DNA of 64,000 bases from contig CAJWLU010000001.1 in the NCBI GenBank assembly GCA_913043225.1, positions 224,001 through 288,000 on the forward strand. The letters run 5' to 3'. Made by a program: the position numbers and the translations under genes. The notes below the pieces were generated by a model. The model did no database searches. It had not been told where the DNA came from and saw nothing but the letters and a program-made list of their open reading frames with translations. Below are positions 56,269-64,000 of the stretch, piece after piece. Position 1 is the first letter of the stretch, and each line of letters begins with the position of its first letter. This DNA is from an uncultured Acidobacteriota bacterium (GTDB lineage Bacteria; Acidobacteriota; Vicinamibacteria; Vicinamibacterales; UBA8438).

Positions 56269-58195
56269 CTGTCTACAGAGCCCGTCCACCAAATCGATCC
56301 GCGAGACGACCCGGACGCCGAAGTCCCAACTCGGCAGCTCAGCGGCCTGTCCGAGTGGTTCGTTACCGCGCTCGCTGCCGGACTCTCGCTCTATGCGCTG
56401 TACTGGGTGATCGGTATCGTCCAGCCGCAGGTCTACCGGGTTAGCTTTCTACTGATCACGTTGGTGCTGACCTTCGTGCTCTACCCTGCCATTCCGGCCT
56501 GGCGGGCCCGGGTCGGTTGGGGCGACTGGACCCTAGCACTTGTCTCGGTCCTGGTACTCGCTTGGCCCATCGTCGACTTCGAGAACTTCGTACGCCGAGC
56601 CGCCACCCCCAGCGAACTCGACATCCTGTTCGGCGTCGTCACGACACTTCTCGTGATGGAGGCGACACGCCGCACCGTCGGCTGGATCCTGCCGGTGACC
56701 GCCGCCGGGTTCCTGCTGTACGGCTACTACGGCCCCTATCTCGAACTCGTTGGGCTGGAGATCATGGCGCACCGCGGCTACACGGTGGGCCGGCTGGCCG
56801 GGACCTTGTACATGACCCTGGAAGGCATCTTCGGGGTACCGCTGAACGTCGCGTCGACCTACATCGTGCTGTTCACGATTTTCGGTGCCATGCTCCAGCA
56901 TTCCGGAGCCGGGCAGTTCTTCATCAACTGGACGATGTCGGCCTTCGGACGATCGGCCAGCGGCGCTGGGCCCGGCCGCACGGTCACCATGTCCGGTTTT
57001 CTACTCGGCACGGTGTCGGGAAGCGGCGTGGCCACCACGGTCACGCTGGGGGCAGTCGCGTGGCCCATGCTCCGGAGAGCCGGGTTCACCCCAGAGGTCG
57101 GCGGCGGGATTCTCTCGGCCAGTGGCATCGGGGCCATCATGGCCCCGCCGACAATGGGCGCGGCTGCCTTCCTGATCGCGGAATTCCTGCAGATCACCTA
57201 TCTCCAGGTGATCCTGATGGCGATCGTGCCAGCGGTGCTTTACTACCTGTCTATCGTCCTGATGATCGAGGCCGACGCCAGGCGACTCGGCACCCAGGCA
57301 GTGAATGTCGACCTGCCGTCGGTGGGCGAGCTAACTCGGCGGTCCGGCTACCAATTCGTGCCGCTGATCTCGATCGTGGTCCTGTTGGTCTCCGGCATGA
57401 CGCCATTCCGCGCGGTGTTCCTGGCCACGCTGATTGCCATAGCGCTCAGTTTCGTTCGCCGTGAGACGGCCCTCCGACCGGCGCGCCTGGTCACGGCGCT
57501 CGAAACCGGCGGCCGCGCCGTTCTGGCGGTTGCCTCCACCACGGCCACCGCTGGAATTATCGTGGGCGTCGTGACCCTGACCGGTCTCGGTCTCAAGATC
57601 TCGAACATCATCGTCGACTTGGCCGGTGGCAACCTGTTCCTGACGGTGCTCTACGCGGCTGTGGCGGTCTGGATGCTGGGACTGGCCGTGCCGGTGACCG
57701 CCTCCTACATCATCGCCGCGGTCATGATCGTGCCGGCGCTTACAACCATCGGAGTGCCCGAGGTAGCGGCGCACATGTTTATTTTCTATTACGCGGTGCT
57801 CTCAGAGGTCAGCCCGCCCACAGCGCTCTCCCCATTCGCGGCTGCGGCCATCACCGGTGGGAACCCGTTCAAGACGATGATGCTGACCTGGAAGTACACG
57901 CTTCCGGCCTTCCTCGTTCCGTTTGCCTTCACGCTGAGCCCGGAGGGGCTGGGCGTCCTGCTGCAAGCACCAGCCACCGACATTGTCGTGACAGTAGGCA
58001 CGGCGGTAGTGGGGATCCTGGCCCTGGCCATGGGCCTCGGAGGCTGGCTCCGTCAGGAAGCGACCACGCTGGAGCGCACCGTGGCCACCATCGGCGGTCT
58101 GCTGCTTTTCTACGCCACGACCATCACCGACATCGCGGGAGCGGCGCTGTTCGTGTTCGCGATCGGGCTACACCTCGCGCGACCCGTCAAATCCA

Positions 58196-58224
<29 letters not shown>
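56269..58224 (+). CDS. TRAP fused permease (4TM/12TM DctQM), probable CTG start
   Basis: EATRRTVG, EGIFGVP, GTVSGSGVA, PPTMGAAAF, PVTASYI, HMFIFYY, VSPP. The frame extends 46 codons upstream of GTG 56407 to a CTG preceded by GGAG. Confidence 0.88.
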
Positions 58225-59872
<1,648 letters not shown>

Positions 59873-59890
59873 CGTGCGTGTTCTCGAAAA

Positions 59891-59918
59891 ACAGGTGTCA
59901 GGAGACAGAAGACAGGAG
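59891..59918. repeat. Four degenerate tandem heptamers
   Basis: ACAGGTG-TCAGGAG-ACAGAAG-ACAGGAG between ettA and the zinc peptidase gene. Confidence 0.6.
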
Positions 59919-59978
59919 CTTGCGGTAGAGTCACCACCAAGCCCGTCTCGTCGATGCGCGTGCCTCCCAGTCTATCGC

Positions 59979-61070
59979 ATGTCTGAAACGTCACCGTCGG
60001 CGTCTCCGTCGCCTGACGACCCGCCGGCGCCACGCGCCAAGCCGCGCCGGTCTCGCCGTCGCCCGGTCTGGGCGAGATGGCCGGACGAGAAACTGCTCGA
60101 TGTCCGGATGTGCGATCTGGGCGTCAGCATCGAGGGCACTGCGGTCGAGCGCCGCATCAACGACCTCAACCGGGAGCTCGCAGCACGCGGGATCATCTTC
60201 CGTGCGCACTTCTGGATCGCGGATGAATGGTTCACGCCGGACGACGTTCCAGGTGTGGCGGTGCCCTTCTACCTCGTGCACCCCCGGCTGGCGCAACTGG
60301 AGCTGGCGCAAATGCTGGAGGTAGAGGGCGGCTCCAAAGACTGGTGCCTGCGGATTCTGCGTCACGAGGTGGGCCACGCCATCGATAACGCCTACCGGCT
60401 GCAACGGCGCCGCAGACGCCAGAAGCTCTTCGGGCTGTCGTCCACCCAGTATCCTGAGTACTACACGCCGCGCCCCTACAGTAAGAGCTTCGTACTCCAC
60501 CTCGACTCGTGGTACGCACAGAGCCACCCGGACGAGGACTTCGCCGAAACGTTCGCAGTCTGGCTGAACCCCCGATCCGACTGGCCCAGACGCTATGCGG
60601 ACTGGCCGGCGCTGAAGAAGCTCGAGTACGTGGACCTGGTGATGCGCGAGATCGCCGGGACGGACCCGGTAGTCACCACGCGTCGGACGGTCGATTCCCT
60701 ACCGAGCTTGCGCAAAACCCTACGGCAGCACTACCAGGAAAAGAGGCGTCGATTCGGACTCGACTACCCCAATTTCTACGACCGTGACCTCCGGCGTCTG
60801 TTCTCGGACGCTCCCGAACATGCCGGCAACCTGACCGCGGCTCGGTTCCTGACGCGCGTGCGCCGGGACGTCCGGCGGCGGGTAGCGCGGTGGACTGGTG
60901 AGTACCAGTATCGGATCGACCAGGTCCTCAACGACATGATCGAGCGTTGCGACGCGATCCAACTGCACCTGGCCAACCCCGAAGACAGTAGCAAGCTCGA
61001 CTTCATGGTGCTGCTGACCGTGCAGACGATGAACTACCTGCATGGCGGCCGCCATCGGATCGCTCTGTGA
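59979..61070 (+). CDS. Putative zinc-binding metallopeptidase (Peptidase_Mx-like)
   Basis: VPFYL.HP.L..LE, LRHEVGHA (HEXXH), YAQSHPDEDFAETFAVWL, ALKKLEYV; no signal peptide. Confidence 0.82.
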   Translation: MSETSPSASPSPDDPPAPRAKPRRSRRRPVWARWPDEKLLDVRMCDLGVSIEGTAVERRINDLNRELAARGIIFRAHFWIADEWFTPDDVPGVAVPFYLVHPRLAQLELAQMLEVEGGSKDWCLRILRHEVGHAIDNAYRLQRRRRRQKLFGLSSTQYPEYYTPRPYSKSFVLHLDSWYAQSHPDEDFAETFAVWLNPRSDWPRRYADWPALKKLEYVDLVMREIAGTDPVVTTRRTVDSLPSLRKTLRQHYQEKRRRFGLDYPNFYDRDLRRLFSDAPEHAGNLTAARFLTRVRRDVRRRVARWTGEYQYRIDQVLNDMIERCDAIQLHLANPEDSSKLDFMVLLTVQTMNYLHGGRHRIAL

Positions 61071-62089
61071 AGAAACTTCGAGTGCTCGCCCTGATGCACG
61101 ACTACATGGTCCCTCCTGACGATGTCCAGGGGGTCGACGTGGTCAATGCACTCTGGAAAACTGAGTACGACGTCACGAACACGCTGGCCGCGATGGGCCA
61201 CGACGTCTATTCCCTTGGGCTCGCCGACGGGCTTGGCCCGATCCGAGACGCGATCGACGAGGTCCGCCCCCACCTCGCCTTCAACCTGATGGAGGCGTTC
61301 CACGAAGTCGGCACCTTCGACCAGAACGTGGTCAGCCATCTCGAGCTACTTCGGCTGCGTTACACCGGCTGCAACCCACGGGGGCTGATCCTCACGCGCG
61401 ACAAGGCACTAGCCAAGAAGGTGCTCGCCTATGACGGCATCCCGGTGCCGGCGTTCGCGATCTTCCAGATCGGCCGCCTGGTGCGGCGCCCGACCCGGCT
61501 GCAATTTCCACTCATCGTCAAGTCCCTAACCCAAGACGCCTCGTTTGGAATCTCTCAGGCGTCGGTTGTCAACGACGACATCAAGCTCCGTGAGCGGGTG
61601 CTCTACATCCACGAAAGCCTGGGTACCGACGCCATCGTGGAGCAGTACATCAAGGGGCGCGAGCTCTACGTGGGCGTTATCGGCAACGACCGGCTGCACG
61701 CCTATCCGGTGTGGGAGATGAAATTCACCAACATGCCTGAGGGCGCGCACCGGATCGCCACCGCCCGGGTAAAGTGGAGCACAGCGTATCAACGCAAACA
61801 CGGTATCCGCTGTGGCAAGGCGCGCCTGCCTCGTCCCGGATTGGAGGAGTATCTGCAGTTTCTCGCCAAGCGCGTGTATCACCTGCTACAGATGAACGGC
61901 TACGGCCGGATTGACATCCGGTTAGATGAAGACGGACAACCGTGGGTGCTCGAAGCCAACGCCAACCCGCAGCTCGCCTACGGCGAGGACTTAGCCGAAT
62001 CAGCCCACCACGAGGGCGTCAGCTACGAAGCACTCCTGCAGCAAATCCTTAACGCCGGATTGCAGTGGAAAGCGGATCGGGCAGGCTAG
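61067..62089 (+). CDS. ATP-grasp ligase, D-Ala-D-Ala ligase-like but non-canonical
   Basis: FNLME, YTGC...DKALAK, FPLIVK, ASFGIS, VEQYIKGRE, GYGRIDIRL, LEANANP; GTGA overlap with the peptidase gene. Confidence 0.85.
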   Translation: MKKLRVLALMHDYMVPPDDVQGVDVVNALWKTEYDVTNTLAAMGHDVYSLGLADGLGPIRDAIDEVRPHLAFNLMEAFHEVGTFDQNVVSHLELLRLRYTGCNPRGLILTRDKALAKKVLAYDGIPVPAFAIFQIGRLVRRPTRLQFPLIVKSLTQDASFGISQASVVNDDIKLRERVLYIHESLGTDAIVEQYIKGRELYVGVIGNDRLHAYPVWEMKFTNMPEGAHRIATARVKWSTAYQRKHGIRCGKARLPRPGLEEYLQFLAKRVYHLLQMNGYGRIDIRLDEDGQPWVLEANANPQLAYGEDLAESAHHEGVSYEALLQQILNAGLQWKADRAG

Positions 62090-62094
62090 GCGGA

Positions 62095-62811
62095 CTATTG
62101 GCTGGCGAGGATGAACTCGACCTCGGTAGTCTGGCCGGCCTCGACGGTCACTGTCTGAGGCACGGCGCCGAGCACCTCATGCCAGATCGTCACCTTGTGA
62201 GTCCCGGCCGGGACCTGCCCAATGAAAAACGCCCCCTCGGCGCCGCTCACTGCGCCGAGGTCGTTACTCACCACGATCCAGGCACGCATCCATCCATGTG
62301 AGTCGCACTCGATCCGTACGACGCCCGGACGGCGAAGCGGTCGATTGACCTCCATCCCCGAAAACGGCATGGCGATGTTGAAGTCCGTCCGTTGCCGATC
62401 GTCGTAAGAATGGGTGGAGTGCAACGTCTCGTCCTGGCTGGTCACCAGAAGCATGGACCGCGTGGGAGCAATCTGGACATGCGGCACGAACTGGCACCCG
62501 ATATTGTCGATCTTCGGTGGCGCCACGCCCTCCGGCCACGCGACACCGACCAGTCGGATCACCGCATTAGCGACCCGCCCGTCTGCGTCGGCCACGATCT
62601 CCTCGTTCGGCACCGTGTCACCACACACGGCCTGATCGGCATTGACGCTGAGGACCGACGGGGCAGGAGGGTCCTCCATCCGCACGACGCCTCGGATGGT
62701 GCCCGTAGCCTGGACTTCGCCGGCCGTCACGCCGGCGGTTATCAGCGCACCTCCGATCAGGGCGACCGACAGCGTAAGACCGAGCCCTAAATGACGTGCC
62801 GCTCGCCTCAT
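62095..62811 (-). CDS. Exported cupredoxin-like protein with carboxypeptidase-regulatory-like beta-sandwich
   Basis: GTIRGVV, GCQFVPHV, LHSTH, CDSHGWM (C-x2-H-x2-M), VPAGTHKVTIWHE. Confidence 0.72.
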   Translation of the reverse strand: MRRAARHLGLGLTLSVALIGGALITAGVTAGEVQATGTIRGVVRMEDPPAPSVLSVNADQAVCGDTVPNEEIVADADGRVANAVIRLVGVAWPEGVAPPKIDNIGCQFVPHVQIAPTRSMLLVTSQDETLHSTHSYDDRQRTDFNIAMPFSGMEVNRPLRRPGVVRIECDSHGWMRAWIVVSNDLGAVSGAEGAFFIGQVPAGTHKVTIWHEVLGAVPQTVTVEAGQTTEVEFILASQ

Positions 62812-62839
62812 GTCTCTCCTCTTCCTGACGTCGTTGGCC

Positions 62840-64000
62840 TCAGAGCCGAGGCACCCTGCCCGCCACCTTGGGCACCTCGACCTTCTCCGGCTCGGGGGTG
62901 AAGTCCTCGCCGGGATTGATGAACTGATCCTGCTCGAAGCGGTATTGCGTATCGTGTAGCTCTCGATAGCGTCCGCCTGCTGCCAGTAGTTCGTGGTGGG
63001 TACCCCGCTCGACGATGCACCCCTTCTCGAGCACCAGGATCTGGTTGGCGCTCTGGATCGTCGACAGGCGGTGGGCGATCACGAACGTGGTACGGCCCTG
63101 TCGCAGGGCACTCAGCCCGGCCTGGATCATCGCTTCGCTCTCGCTATCGAGGCTCGACGTCGCTTCATCCAGGATCAAGATACGAGGATCGGCAAGAATC
63201 GCCCGGGCAATCGCCACCCGCTGGCGCTGCCCACCGGAGAGCTTGACCCCACGCTCACCCACAATCGTGTCGTACCCTTCCGGAAACCCCTGAATAAACT
63301 CGTCACAGTGGGCGAGACGGCTCACCGCCTCGATTTCGGCCCGGGTGGCATGCCGGCGGGAGAAGCCGATGTTCGCGGCCACCGACCCGTCGAACAGGAA
63401 ATTCTCCTGCAGCACCACTCCGAGCTGGCTGCGATAGTCCGCAAGCTTCACGTCGGCGAGGTCGAGGCCATCCACCAGCACCCGCCCCTGCTGGGGCCGG
63501 TTGAACGCCATAACCAGGCTCACCAGCGTACTCTTGCCGGAGCCGCTCGACCCGACCAGGGCGGTCGTGGTGCCCGCCTGGGCGGTTAGCGAAACATCCT
63601 CCAGTACTGGCACACCCTCGCTGTAGGCGAACGTCACACCGTCGACCTCGATGTCGCCGCGCAGAGCGTCAATCGACTGACGCGACTCGTCCTCGTCGAT
63701 CTCTGTGGCCGTGCCGAGGATCTCCCGAATGCGATCCAGGCCGGCAAACGCCTCAGTGATCTGGGTTCCGATCGACGCGATCTGCACCACCGGTGCGACG
63801 ACGACACCGGTGAAAACGAGGTACTGCAACATGTCGCCCACCGTCCAGAAGCCGTCGATGATAGCGCGACCGCCCACCACGATCATCAATGCGCTTATTA
63901 GCCCGATGACGAGTGAGGCCGCCGAGGTGGTGGCCGACACCCCGGTCACACCCTTGGCGACGTTGCGCAATAGACGATGCACGCCCTTAGCGAAGACGAG
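62840..64000 (-). CDS. ABC exporter permease/ATP-binding fusion (MsbA-like), 5' partial
   Basis: TM segments followed by GSSGSGKST, LSGGQRQR, ILILDEATSSLD, IAHRLST. Confidence 0.92.
   Translation of the reverse strand, partial: LVFAKGVHRLLRNVAKGVTGVSATTSAASLVIGLISALMIVVGGRAIIDGFWTVGDMLQYLVFTGVVVAPVVQIASIGTQITEAFAGLDRIREILGTATEIDEDESRQSIDALRGDIEVDGVTFAYSEGVPVLEDVSLTAQAGTTTALVGSSGSGKSTLVSLVMAFNRPQQGRVLVDGLDLADVKLADYRSQLGVVLQENFLFDGSVAANIGFSRRHATRAEIEAVSRLAHCDEFIQGFPEGYDTIVGERGVKLSGGQRQRVAIARAILADPRILILDEATSSLDSESEAMIQAGLSALRQGRTTFVIAHRLSTIQSANQILVLEKGCIVERGTHHELLAAGGRYRELHDTQYRFEQDQFINPGEDFTPEPEKVEVPKVAGRVPRL

Overview
High-GC bacterial chromosomal segment with about 44 densely packed CDSs, the first and last cut by the window edges. 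I could not support any rRNA, tRNA, CRISPR array, IS element or prophage. The gene content suggests Acidobacteriota, probably Vicinamibacterales-like (inference, not a database hit). The first ~31 kb is an envelope redox region of mostly exported proteins: a DUF1592-type cytochrome/DUF1552/ankyrin operon, a cytochrome c, a heme c protein with a full PHM/DBH-type two-copper ligand set, three PQQ dehydrogenases, a PQQ-like propeller, a PSD1-cytochrome/DUF1501 pair, two DUF5916 outer-membrane proteins and three paralogs of an uncharacterised secreted family ending in '(Y/F)E(Y/F)ACHEGN', two of them tightly linked to PQQ dehydrogenases. The rest holds frc plus a PanE-like reductase (oxalate use), many peptidases (M19, cyanophycinase-like S51, M4, M23, two GGTs, S9; an M3 lies in the first region), an Nramp-like transporter, a ChdC/HemQ-like protein, fbaB, Slt, a TAXI-TRAP transporter with a probable CTG start, ettA, a zinc peptidase coupled to a non-canonical Ddl-like ligase, a cupredoxin-like protein and a partial ABC exporter. 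Best candidates for an undescribed system: the ACHEGN protein/PQQ dehydrogenase modules, the heme-copper monooxygenase and the peptidase/ATP-grasp pair. Family calls rest on motif recognition only; several starts were moved from the ORF track using SD or -10 evidence.
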